Source: Eledone cirrhosa
Lineage: Eukaryota
Reading direction: 5' to 3'
NCBI GenBank assembly: GCA_964016885.1
Contig: OZ024741.1
Location: forward strand, 106,330,001-106,394,000
Length of the DNA stretch: 64,000 nt
Below the pieces are notes generated by a model that worked only from the letters and a program-made list of their open reading frames with translations, searched no databases and was not told where the DNA came from. Shown one piece after another: positions 1-11,821 of the stretch. Made by a program: the position numbers and the translations under genes. Every line of letters starts with the position of its first letter. The first letter of the stretch is position 1.

Positions 1-209
1 GCTCTGCATGTCCCTCATGCATGAGCTTTTAATCAACCAGTAAAGGTTGATTAAACATAAGGAGTTTAACTACTCTAGTTAATATTATCATAACCATAAT
101 ATTACTACTAGTATTATATATATATATATATAAATATATATTTATATATATATATAAATGCATGCTAGCATGTGAAATGGATGTTAAACGGTGGTGATGA
201 TAATATATG

Positions 210-645
210 GAGAGAGGGTGGACTTCAAAATGTTGTTGGAAAAAGGACAGTTTGAAAAATCAGTTTAAGTTATGATGTTTATTTTTCAACATATGCTCCA
301 TCTAGGTCAATACACTTCTGCAAACGTTGATAACCAGCCTTTATGTCCATCTGTGTAAAACTGAGGTCCATGTGATTGAAGCCATGTTAAAGCAGCTTTT
401 TTTTACATCTTCAACCTCATCTCTTGCACCTCTAAAATGACATCTATTTGTAGGTTGTTGATTTCTTTGGGGCATTGTCCCCATAATCTTGCTCCTGAGC
501 GTCAACGATTTGGCTGCTCTTCCACCCTAACTTCACCATGAATTTGATGTTTTGATAGAGGCTATGTTTCTCAAGCAGTTGCTGACTTCCGACTGCCGGT
601 ACCGTGTTGCAACATACATTGAAGGGTTAATGTTAGAACATTATA
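210..645 (-). mobile_element. Internally deleted mariner remnant (irritans/Hsmar2-like)
   Basis: The minus strand reads NIKFMVKLGWKSSQIVDAQEQDYGDNAPKKSTTYK (Hsmar2-like N-terminus), joined almost directly to a C-terminus ...QRLQKCIDLDGAYVEK*. Stops and frameshifts are present. Confidence 0.75.
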
Positions 646-711
646 TGTATATATATATATATATAAATGAAAAGTATAGAAATTATTGTAGCAAGAAGCC
701 AACAGTATTCC

Positions 712-714
<3 letters not shown>

Positions 715-753
<39 letters not shown>

Positions 754-766
754 GTGTGTGTATGTG

Positions 767-805
<39 letters not shown>

Positions 806-1066
806 ATGTATATATATATATGTGTGTGTATGTATATATATATATATATATGTGTGTGTATATATATGTGTGTGTGTATGTATATATATATATATGTGTG
901 TATATATATGTGTGTGTGTATGTATATATATGTGTGTGTGTATGTATATATATATGTGTGTGTGTATGTATATATATATGTGTGTGTGTGTATGTATATA
1001 TATATGTGTGTGTGTGTATGTATATATATATGTGTGTGTGTATGTATATATATATGTGTGTGTCTG

Positions 1067-1099
<33 letters not shown>

Positions 1100-1120
1100 A
1101 TGTGTATATGTATATATATA

Positions 1121-1173
<53 letters not shown>
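715..1173. repeat. Compound (TA)n/(TG)n microsatellite
   Basis: Seen directly; source of the spurious YI/CV ORFs. Confidence 0.97.
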
Positions 1174-1175
<2 letters not shown>

Positions 1176-1213
1176 TAAATATACACGGGTGTGTATGATT
1201 GTGTATAGAAGAT

Positions 1214-1565
1214 TATATTAATAAGAGGAATTCCAACTTTGTCTGATTTACTCGTTTTATTTACAATCCTTTAAAATATATATAATGGTATTATAATGAA
1301 ATAGTATGATAGAATATTAAATTCCAAGTGTTAATTGAACAAGTACTTTCATGCTTTCGCAATCTTCAGGTTCATAATATGTGGTGACAGTCAAGTTTGC
1401 AACACATATTATGAACCTGAAGATTGCGAAAGCATGAAAGTACTTGTTCAATTAACACTTAGAATTTAATATTCTATCATACTATTTCATTATAATACCA
1501 TTATAAATTTTAAAGGATTGTAAATAAAACGAGTAAATCAGACAAAGTTGGAATTCCTCTTATTA

Positions 1566-1570
<5 letters not shown>
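1214..1570. mobile_element. Fold-back element (~168-bp arms, ~19-nt spacer) with a hammerhead motif in each arm; probably derived from a Penelope-like pLTR
   Basis: Arm 1214-1383 is the near-perfect reverse complement of 1403-1570. Flanked by TA/TG microsatellite. Confidence 0.8.
1412..1450 (+). ncRNA. Minimal type-I hammerhead ribozyme motif (mirror copy on - strand at 1336-1374)
   Basis: TGAAC-CTGAAGA-T-TGC-GAAA-GCA-T-GAAA-GTAC-TT-GTTCA: 5-bp stem I, CUGANGA and GAAA cores, GNRA-capped stem II, palindromic minimal stem III. Confidence 0.78.
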
Positions 1571-1659
<89 letters not shown>

Positions 1660-1662
1660 GTG

Positions 1663-1695
<33 letters not shown>

Positions 1696-1766
1696 GTGTG
1701 TGTATATATATGTATATATATGTGTGTGTGTGTATATATATATATGTGTGTGTGTGTGTATATATG

Positions 1767-1797
<31 letters not shown>

Positions 1798-2115
1798 ATA
1801 TATGTATGTAAATATATATATGTGTGTGTATATATGTATGTATATATGTGTGTGTATGTGTGTATGTATGTATATATATATATGTGTATATGTATGTATA
1901 TATATGTGTGTGTATATATGTATATATATATATGTGTGTGTATATATATGTGTGTGTGTATATATGTATATATATGTGTGTGTATATATATGTGTATGTG
2001 TATATATGTATATATATGTGTGTGTATATATATATGTGTGTGTATATATATGTATATATATATATGTATATATATATATGTATGTATATATATATGTGTG
2101 TGTGTATATTATATA

Positions 2116-2153
<38 letters not shown>
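1566..2153. repeat. Compound (TA)n/(TG)n microsatellite
   Basis: Seen directly. Confidence 0.97.
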
Positions 2154-2527
2154 AGGGTTTGGATTGGTATCCAGTGATTTTGATCTCAATTACAATTTGC
2201 TTAACTAATTCTTTTGGAGCACACACAGAGTATTAATTGTAATACAACATTCCCAGCCAAAGGCCTAAGCTATGAAAATTGTAATTATTGTATCAACAGA
2301 TTAACATTTGAAAATATTAAAGTACTCAGAATTTCATCAATTGAACCAGCCAGTATGCTCCTAGTTTAGCGCATACAAATTTGCCAGAGTACGAAAATCC
2401 ATGTCTAAATTGCTACAGTACTATTTCAAATTATTTATGAGTGCAAAAAGCAAACAGAAACGACAAAGTAAACGACACAGTACAACAAAGAAATATATTA
2501 GTTTTATGCTTGATATAGTAGGATTAG

Positions 2528-2566
2528 AATCTTAATGTTTCAGATGCTAGTCCTTCATCAGAAAAT
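2528..2566 (-). ncRNA. Degenerate minimal hammerhead-like motif
   Basis: Minus strand: tttt-CTGATGA-AGG-actagca-TCT-GAAA-cat-TA-aga. Stems I and III are weak. Confidence 0.4.
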
Positions 2567-2622
2567 AGAATGAGAAATTAAAGAAGAAATAGAAAGATAT
2601 TGTGTATATATATTCGTATATT

Positions 2623-3020
2623 TATATATAACAAAATTTAATATAGAAATGGCTTCTACATGACTAGAACTGTTTCATTTGAAGGAAATCCCTAGCTGGT
2701 CTTTCCTGATGATTTCCTTCGAATAAAACAGTTCTAGTCCTGTATAAGTCATTTCTATATTAAATTTTGTTGTATACACTCTATTAATGTATTATTGGCA
2801 GTATCAGTAGAGGGTCGGACGCCATGCTTTCCAGCATAGTTACGTCCCTTTACGATCTGAGTTCAAATCCCGCCGAGGTTGACTTTGCCTTTCATCCTTA
2901 CGGGGTCGATAAAATAAAGTACCAGTAATGCACTGGGTAATTGCTGGCCTTGTGCCTAAAGTAGAAACAATTAATGTATTGAGTACCTCACTTACTGTGG
3001 TTACCCCTGATTGAACCCAA
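2623..3020 (+). mobile_element. Fold-back hammerhead element (family also at 11670-11803, 37689-37890, 42191-42392); tail interrupted by a SINE
   Basis: Inverted arms within ~2623-2776 contain CTGATGA...(G>A)AAACAG-ttctagtc-CTGTA. The tail ...atgtattgagtacctcacttactgtggttacc is shared with the 37.8-kb copy. Confidence 0.7.
2793..2972 (+). mobile_element. tRNA-derived SINE, family A
   Basis: A-box-like tggcagtatcagtaga, B-box gagttcaaatccc, body gactttgcctttcatccttacggggtcgataaaataaagtaccag; flanking duplication attaatgtatt; many copies in the window. Confidence 0.85.
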
Positions 3021-3108
3021 CACACACACACACATATATATATTATATAATAACCCATGGTAGTGTGGAAAATGGATAGTAAACAGTGATGATATATATT
3101 TATATGTG

Positions 3109-3256
<148 letters not shown>

Positions 3257-3261
3257 TATAT

Positions 3262-4215
3262 ACCTGGGCGATAAAATCAGCAGTGGGGGAGGGTGCTCTG
3301 AAAGTACTGTAGCTAGAGTCAGAACTGGTTGGAAAAAGTTCAGAGAGCTTATACCACTATTAGCTGCTAAAGGGTTCTCACTAAAAATGAAAGGCAGGTT
3401 GTACGATGCCTGCATACGAACAGCAATGCTGCACGGCAGTGAGACCTGGGCATTGTGTGCAGAGGATATACGCAGACTAGAGAGGAACGAAGCTTGCATG
3501 CTCCGCTGGATGTGTAACAGTAATATACGTGAACAGCAAAGCATAAACGAACTAAGGAAAAAATTAGAGATAAGAGGGATCAGATGTTGTTTACTCGAGA
3601 GAAGGCTACGTTGGTATGGACACGTGATGCGCATGAAAGTCGATAGCTGTATAACAAAGTGCAGGGCAATAAAGATAGACGGTAGTCACGGAATAGGCAG
3701 ACCTAGGAAAACCTGGGACGAGCTGATAAACTCCGACATCACACACTTACACCTCTCCAAGACAATGTCACTGGACCGAGACCTTTGGCGGTACTCAGTA
3801 ACAGAGAAGACCCGCCTTACCTAAATATATAGTAAAACCTACTCCAGCCAGTAGGCATCTCTAACAAAATACACCCCGTCCCACCACCCCCGCCCCCACC
3901 CCATCCACACCACCCCGTTCTATGTAAAGTTATTTTGGTGCCGCGCCATCGAGGCCAAAACAAATGAGATCGTGTAGGTGTCACGACAAAAAAACACACA
4001 GTCCACGCTGTAATGTGGCCGTGTAGGCAACACGGTAAAAACCTCCCAGACCCACACTGTAAATGTGGTTGGTGTTAGGAAGGGCATCCAACTGTAGAAA
4101 ACCTGCCAGACAGTCCTATGCGAGCAAGACAATCACTCTTGCCTCAAGTGGGACTACCCCCGTCCAAACCCATGCAAGCGTGGAACACGGACGTTAAACG
4201 TTGATGATGATGATG
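3262..4215 (+). mobile_element. 5'-truncated RTE LINE (family A) with 3' UTR and (GAT)n tail
   Basis: [17 protein letters not shown]...[12 protein letters not shown]...GRPRKTW; near-identical to 7373-8320; inserted in (TA)n. Confidence 0.93.
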
Positions 4216-4322
4216 TATATATATACATATATGTATGTATATGTGTGTATATATATACATATATATATGTATATATATCTATGTGTGTATATATATATAT
4301 ATATATGTGTGTATATATATAT

Positions 4323-7300
4323 GAGATAAAAACTCCCTTCAAGTAAATCACTTTCGCCAATTCATCGCTTTTTCCTTCCACGGTACATCTTGTAATCGTA
4401 ATGTACACATTTTTCTATCATATCCAACACTTCCATCTTGTATTCTAGTCCAAACATCCAATCTTGCAAAATCCTAAATGTAGCGAACGTATTCCTAAAA
4501 CAAATCTGTATTTTTTGTTATTTATGTTAAATACGGGAGTTTTTGTCGTATTGAACAGAACAAATCTTGTATTTTTGTTTTTTGTTAATCGCTTGTTAAA
4601 CACGAGGATCTCATACAATCCTAACCTTCTAACCAACCTTCCCAACACCCCTCCCTCCCGCCCCCACGCACCACCATTGTTATTACGTGAACCAATCGTA
4701 AGCCAGAGCCCCCACGCATCACCATTATTATTACGCGGACCAATCATAAGCCAGAGGCCTATACTATCGCTTGCCCGGTTGCCTTTCGATATATGATGGA
4801 TGGATGGATGGACTACGGAATCCTGGAGAGTGGAAGAGAGAGAAAAATCTGGACGCTCAGCGACAATGCCAAAGATAAAGACAAATTCACCTCGTGGACG
4901 AGAATGCGAGCACTCCTCTTTGTTTCGACCGCGGACGGCTAACATAACCCCATCTCCCCCCGCCCCCCACCGCCCCCACCCTCCAAACGCAATCCAAAAC
5001 TTCAGAGTTGGTACCATAAATGTAAGCACCCTAAAGGGTCGCGCTAACGAGGTTGTAGAAATGCTTGAACATAAGGAGGTCGATGTTTGTTGTATTCAAG
5101 AGACCAGGTGGAGGGGTGGGTCTGCTAGATTCATTGAGGGTAAAAAACGATGTTATAAGCTTTTCTGGGTGGGAAACGACGATGGGCTGGGTGGAGTAGG
5201 AATCATGGTAGCAGAAAAGTGGGCAGATAAGATAATAGACGTAAATAGAGTGAACGACAGAATAATTAAAATACGACTTGTCCTCAATAGAACTACGGTG
5301 ACAGTAATATCTGCGTACGCACCCCAATCCGGACTGGCCGGCATTATAAAAGACAGATTCTATGAGACACTGATGCTCACTACCTCCCAAATAACCGACA
5401 GTGACTATATAATTATTGCAGGCGACCTAAATGGTCACGTTGGACAACATTGTGACGGCTACGACGAAATCCATGGAGGCTATGGGTTTGGTACTAGAAA
5501 TGAGGAAGGCTCCAGAATCCTGGAATTCTGTGACGCAAATAACCTAACTATCTGTAACACTAACTTCAAAAAACGTGACAATCACCTGATCACCTATAGA
5601 TCCGGGGAACACACAAGCCAGGTAGATTATATCCTTACCAGAAGACGTGACAGAGTGTCTGTTGTAAACACTAAATCCCTCCCCCATGAAGAATGCACCT
5701 CCCAACATAGACTGATAATTAGCGACCTCATAGTCAGGACGAGACGTAGTCGACAGCAGAAGAGGACTATCCTCAGGAGAAAAATATGGAAGCTAAAGGA
5801 CCCCACAGCCAGAAATAAATTTCAAAGCATATTACTTGATGCTTTCGACAGTAAGGAAGAGCATTTAGAGTCGGACAATATAGAGGGACAGTGGGAATTT
5901 CTGAAAGCAAACCTGCTGATGACAACAGACGAAGTCTGTGGCTGGAGCAGGCCAGTAGGCAGGAGGAGAGTAACATGGTGGTGGAACAGTAAGGTGGAGG
6001 GGTCAATTAAGGCCAAAAAGCAGGCTTGGAAAGTATGGCGGGATGGGGGAAGTAGAGAAGACTATCAAGTGGCCAGGAGGGAAGCTAGGAGACAAGTGTA
6101 CTTCGCAAGAAGGGAAGCAGAGGAAAGAAAGTTCAAGCATGTTCTACAACGCGAGGACCAAAAACGTGAGGTGTTCAGGATTGTTAGGCAATGTGTCAAG
6201 GAAAACTGTGATATTGTCGGGGAGAAGTGTGTACTTAATGATGACGGCGTACTTGCCATCACTGACGCTGATAAGAAGGTAACTTGGAAGTTTCACTATG
6301 AAAGGCTACTAAATGAGGAGAATAAATGGGAGAAAGACAGTCTCCCCCACATCGACCCAATAGAGGGACCAGCAGTGTTAGTCGAGGGGAGTATAATAAG
6401 TAAGGCAATCAAGGATATGAAGACGGGTAAGGCGGCTGGGCCTTCGGAAATAGTCGCTGAGATGCTGAAGGCATCTGGCACGGTGGGACACACCATGGTC
6501 ACCCGCATAGTTAACCAAGTCGTACAGAATGGGGTTGTTCCGAAGGACTGGCATAGCAGCATCATCGTTAACTGTTATAAGGGTAAAGGAGATGCACTAG
6601 ATAGGAGTAACTATAGAGGCATTAAATTAATCGACCAGGTCATGAAGGTCACGGAAAAAGTAATAGCGCAACTAATCAGAGAGAGAATTGACCTAGATGA
6701 AATGCAGTTCGGGTTTGTGTCGGGCAAAAGTACCACAGACGCTCTTTTCATTGTACGACAACTACAGGAGAAGTACCTAGCTAAAGGTAAACCCCTCTAC
6801 TTAGCTTTTGTCGACTTGGAGAAAGCCTTCGACAGAGTCCCCCGCTCCATTATCTGGTGGGCTCTTAGAAAACTAGGTGTTGACGAATGGCTTGTGAGAG
6901 CGATACAAGCCATGTATAAAGAAACAGTCAGCAAGGTTAGAATTAACAACGAACATAGTGAAGAGTTTAGCGTAAAAGTTGGCATCTATCAGGGCTCTGT
7001 TCTCAGCCCCCTACTATTTATTATTGCCCTTCAGGCTATAACAGAGGAGTTCAAGACCGGCTGCCCATGGGATTAATTAACCTGGCTAAGACTAAAGTTC
7101 TAGTTTGTAGGAAAGAAAATAAGGCGGCGGTCCCTTCTGGGAAATGGTCATGCTCAGTGTGTAGGAAAGGCGTAGGTAGAAACTCCATTTTATGTCCCAA
7201 ATGCAAAGTATGGGTGCATAAAAGATGTAGTGGGATCACAGGTAAGCTAACTAAGAACATAGATTTTACATGTGGCCGGTGCTCTGGTGCAATAAGTAGC

Positions 7301-8320
7301 AGCAAGTACCCACAAAATACTAGCTCTTACAACTGCGCAGAGGGCTCTATAGAAATAGTGGACAGCTTCCGTTACCTGGGCGATAAAATCAGCAGTGGGG
7401 GGAGGGTGCTCAGAAAGTACAGTAGCTAGAGTCAGAACTGGATGGAAAAAGTTCAGAGAGCTTATACCACTATTAGCTGCTAAAGGGTTCTCCCTAAAAA
7501 TGAAAGGCAGGTTGTATGATGCCTGCATACGAACAGCAATGTTGCATGGCAGTGAGACCTGGGCATTGTGTGCAGAGGATATACGCAGACTAGAGAGGAA
7601 CGAAGCTTGCATGCTCCGCTGGATGTGTAACAGTAATATACGTGAACGGCAAAGCATAAACGAACTAAGGAAAAAATTAGAAATAAGAGGGATCAGATGT
7701 TGTTTACTCGAGAGAAGGCTACGTTGGTATGGACACGTGATGCGCATGAAAGTCGATAGCTGTATAACAAAGTGCAGGGCAATAAAGATAGACGGTAGCC
7801 ACGGAATAGGCAGACCTAGAAAAACCTGGGACGAGCTGATAAACTCCGACCTCACACACTTACACCTCTCCAAGACAATGTCACTGGACCGAGACCTTTG
7901 GCGGTACTCAGTAACAGAGAAGTCCGCCTTACCTAAATACATAGTAAAACCTACTACAGCCAGTAGGCATCTCTAACAAAATACACCCCCGTTCCACCAC
8001 CCCCACCCCATCCACACCACCCCCTTCTATGTAAAGTTATGTCGGTGCCACGCCATCCAGGCCGAAACAAATGAGATCGTGTAGGTGTCACGACAAAAAA
8101 ACACACAGTCCACGCTGTAATGTGGCCGTGTAGGCAACACTGTAAAAACCTCCCAGACCCACACTGTAAATGTGGTTGGTGTTAGGAAGGGCATCCAACT
8201 GTAGAAAACCTGCCAGACAGTCCTATGCAAGCAAGACAATCACTCTTGCCTCAAGTGGGAATACCCCCGTCCAAACCCATGCAAGCGTGGAACACGGACG
8301 TTAAACGTTGATGATGATGA
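4323..8320 (+). mobile_element. Near full-length RTE LINE (family A), RT-defective
   Basis: 5' UTR, APE motifs (GTINV, IQETRW, SAYAPQ, GDLNGHVG, VDYIL, SQH), RT motifs, 3' UTR and (GAT)n tail; both flanks are microsatellite. Confidence 0.95.
4800..7976 (+). pseudogene. Disrupted RTE ORF (APE endonuclease + RT + PHD-like finger)
   Basis: The 758-aa ORF stops at GCPWD*, and the ELLYADD...GLK segment seen in family B is absent. A second frameshift lies in the G-run near 7397-7405. Confidence 0.92.
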
Positions 8321-8499
8321 TGTGTGTGTGTGTGTATATATGTTTATAAGTATATATAAGGATAAAGGATAAAGATCTCCCATAACTCCTTGTGGAGTCG
8401 TAGAGGCACCGTCATACGGTGTGTCCAGGGCACTTTTAAACCTGGTGGAACCCAACCATCTCCAGGTCTGAACACAGCCAATTTTTTCTGTAGTGGAAG

Positions 8500-8605
8500 A
8501 ATTGACCCTAGTACTGGACTGGTACTTTTTTTATCGACCTTGAAAGGATGAAAGGCAAGATTTGAACTCAGAGTGTGCAATGAGGTGAGACAAATACTGT
8601 AAAGC
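8500..8605 (-). mobile_element. Diverged SINE fragment (family A-like body)
   Basis: ctggtacttttttatcgaccttgaaaggatgaaaggcaag is the reverse complement of the SINE-A body. Confidence 0.65.
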
Positions 8606-10715
8606 ACAGGTTCTCAATCTATTTAGGCCAAACGTCCCCTTTTGTCCCTCAAAATCACAAAACGCACCTACCCTATTTTTCCATTTTTCAATATACTACT
8701 GATTTTGATATCAGTCGATTACTAAAAAATTGATTAACAATATTCCAAAGATATCATTGCAGGCAGCTGAGAGTATAAATACATTCCTTGAAAGGAAATA
8801 TATAAATTTCAAAAAAAGGAACATAAATGTTCTTTTTTATGAATAAGGAAGGCGCATGGCTTAGTGGTTAGAGCATTAGGCTTGCAATCGAAAGGTTGTG
8901 AGTTCAATTCTCGGACCGGGTGATGTGTTGTTTTTTTGAGCAAGACACTTTATTTCACATTGCTCCAGTTTACTCAGCTGTAGAAATGAGATGATAGGAC
9001 TGGGGTCCCTATCATTTCACTGCAAAGTGGTTGTGGAGGTGCCACGGCAAAAAAAGCACCCAGCCCACACTGTAAAAGTGGACGTGTAGGCGCCATGGAA
9101 AAAAAGCACACAGCACTCACTGTAAATGAGGTTGGTGTTAGGAAGGGCATCCAGCTGTAGAAATCAAGCCAGAATCAGTTCCCATATGAGCAAGACAAGG
9201 TCAGCTGACCGGACACTGCCCACAACAGGACAACCCGTCTAACCCATGCTAGCATGGAAGAACGGATGTAAAACGGTGCTGCTGAAGGACCAGTTGAATT
9301 TGTTATATTCCCACCAGGCAATACCAGCTATTTTGAACATTTATACAAGAGCAACTCTGTCTATCCAAAGAGTGGTCTTATCTGGAAGAAAGTGGCAATT
9401 ATATCATTTCAAAGCTTTCCAATTTTCCTTTTATTGAAACAGACAGAATAAATCTTGATAGCTAACTTGATGTCCCCTCCTCTTTGTGAGCTTAGAGACC
9501 GTGGAAGAGGATTTTCATGACTATATAAGAGGGTATATTTATTAGTAAATGGTAAAATATATACAACAAATGAGTAAGTGAATTGCAGTCAGACTGCAAC
9601 GACAAATAAAAAAATTTTTAGTTTGCTTTGTAACAATAGCATATCCAAGTTTTCGGATAAATCAACTTACTTTAACTTTGACCTCATTTCAATGGAATCC
9701 TTGAGCTTCATGGAGTCTAGCTAACTCTTTGACGTGAGACTGAATTTTCGTAAGATGTAGCTTGCGATCTCCACGTGTAATTACATTGTAGCGGTTGCAC
9801 CAAACCTCCTCTCGACTAAGTATGAGCTTGGAAAAGGCAGAGCAAATCTCTTAGCCTCTGCATGTAGGAGTGGAAATCGACGCTGAATTTCCTCTTGCAT
9901 CCAAAAAAGGGGTTCACTTATTTTGGGAAATCTAATTTTGATCATGTTATCTGCTTGAAGTTCAATGAATTCTTCCTGAAATTTAACGTCCAAATCGTCG
10001 ACGGTAGCTATGAAGAGATCTGCTATCCACATTGGGATGGCCATCGGCAAAAGGTCAACAAACTGTTCTCTCATGCTGTCTTGTAGTGCACAGAAGTGAG
10101 CGGTATACATTTGGAGTTGGTCATCGCTTACAATGTTTTGAACATTGGCGACACTAGGAAAATTATAGAATTCCCGTCAACAAAGATTCCTTTTGATGAC
10201 ATTCAATTTGGCCAGGAATGTTTTCACAGCATTCCTTGCTTTAAGCAAGGTGATCTTCTTCCCCCTGCAAAGCCATAATGGCACTATTGCATTTGTTAGC
10301 GAGGTAGGCGCAGTCTTGCCTCACATCGAAGGTTTTCTTGTACAGTTCTGTGTTGCGTCCTCTAAGAAACTCAATGATAGAGTCGAACAGTTCAAAGAAG
10401 TGAGTAAGGCACTTGCCCTTTGAAAGCCACCTCACTTCAGTGTGAAGGAGCAACTTGACGAATTCTTCATCATTATCTTGGCACAGTTGCCAAACATTTT
10501 GTTCATTGAGGGAATGGTGTTTGATAAAATTGATGCCATCAATGGCCACCTGCAAGGACTTGCTCAGTGGCTCTCTGAGTTTCTTTGCCGCCAAGTGTTG
10601 TTGATGAATGACACAATGAACAGCAAATACAGATAGATTTTCTCTCTTCAGAAGAGTGAAGAAACCCTTATGTTGGCCGACCATTGCTCCTGCGTCATTC
10701 GTAGCACATGATACG
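8606..10715 (-). mobile_element. Decayed hAT (Buster/ZBED5-like) DNA transposon, interrupted by a SINE
   Basis: Minus-strand peptides TNDAGAMVGQHKG, VHCVIHQQHL, LLLHTEVRWLSKGKCL, LPFPSSYLVERRF; caggttctcaa TIR-like end near 8607 (boundary uncertain). Confidence 0.82.
8848..9284 (+). mobile_element. tRNA-derived SINE family B with RTE-derived 3' tail
   Basis: Head ggcgcatggcttagtggttagagc...gagttcaattctc; CORE-like cttgagcaagacacttt...cagctgtagaaatgag; 3' ~260 nt match the 3' UTR of the RTE at 13000-13250. Confidence 0.85.
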
Positions 10716-11110
10716 TGAGAGAAAAAATGAATTTCACACAGGTCAGACAGGAGGAAGTGAGAGAATGGGAGTAGCAGAGAGTGAGTGAGTGAAAGTGTGA
10801 GGAAAAGGCCAGCTGAGAGAGTGGGTGACCAGCAGTGACCAGGGGTGAATGAAAGCAAGAGGTAGAAGGAGAGAGAAGGGGGAGAGAGAAAGAGGATAGC
10901 AGTAAGGTGACAGAAAAAATACGAACCACAGCGAGGGGAAAAAATATATGTGAATGAAAAATGGCATGCTGCGTTGTTGCGAATGTGAACATATGAATGA
11001 AAATAGACCGAGAAACAGGACTGTCCATCAACAGTAGTCTGCTGATTATCATTGGTATAGTCTTTAATGCGAAGAAATACCAATACAATCGAGAGTGGGG
11101 GCTGGATATA
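10716..11110 (-). mobile_element. Truncated copy of the non-coding repeat at 19258-19978
   Basis: Near-identical reverse complement of 19258-19652. Confidence 0.85.
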
Positions 11111-11112
11111 TA

Positions 11113-11280
11113 TCATCATCATCATCGTTTAACGTCCATCTTCCACGTTAGCATGGGTTAGACGGGATTGTCCCAATTTGAGGCAAGGTTGGTCGGGTGA
11201 CCGTGTTTCGCTCGTATAGGACTATCTGGTAGGTTTTCTATGGTTAGATGCCCTTCCTAACACCAACCACATTTACATTT
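11113..11280 (-). mobile_element. Short RTE 3'-UTR insertion
   Basis: (ATC)n plus gtttaacgtcc...gatgcccttcctaacaccaacc core; same family as 19050-19256. Confidence 0.8.
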
Positions 11281-11669
11281 ATATATATAAATACATATAC
11301 ACACACACACTATAGATTTAAGATTGTATGTATATTATATGTGTATATCACTGAAAGGCAAAACGGTACATCCTAGATAAAAACAGATTTGATTTTCGAA
11401 ATCTGCCTCCCAAGGAGAAGGATTTTGGGCACATAGAGTTTTTTTAATTCTGAAAAGAAAAAAAAAGTATACAACACCACTTCACTATAAAGCTCCACTG
11501 ATTAAATTTCTATAGAAACTACCTTGGGAACAATTGATGATTCATTGGGATGGGTCATGAGAAATAAGTAACGTCAGATGATCTGGTATGGAATAAAAAA
11601 AAATTGAAAGAAAGGCATTCTATGGTGAAAATTGCCCAGCAATGATGGGCAACTCTGCTAATATATACA

Positions 11670-11803
11670 TTCTCGAGTTCTGTCAGGGAGTAACCACAGT
11701 TAAAAAGGTCAATACATTAGTAGAGTATAGTATTTTTTTACTTTATATAGAGATGACTTCTCTAGGACTAGAACTGTTTCATTCATATGAAATCATTAGG
11801 AAA
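11670..11803 (-). mobile_element. Single-arm decayed copy of the fold-back hammerhead family
   Basis: Minus strand: tttc-CTAATGA-tttcatatgaat-GAAACAG-ttctagtc... followed by the tail ...ctgtggttactcc. Confidence 0.6.
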
Positions 11804-11821
11804 TATATATATATATATATA

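Noticed and set aside
8848-8920. tRNA gene
   Set aside because: A/B boxes run straight into a SINE body and there is no complete cloverleaf; this is a SINE head.
10241-11125. 294-aa ORF as a novel membrane-anchored transposase fusion
   Set aside because: Chance read-through from an RTE (GAT)n tail through a CT-rich non-coding repeat into a decayed hAT fragment.
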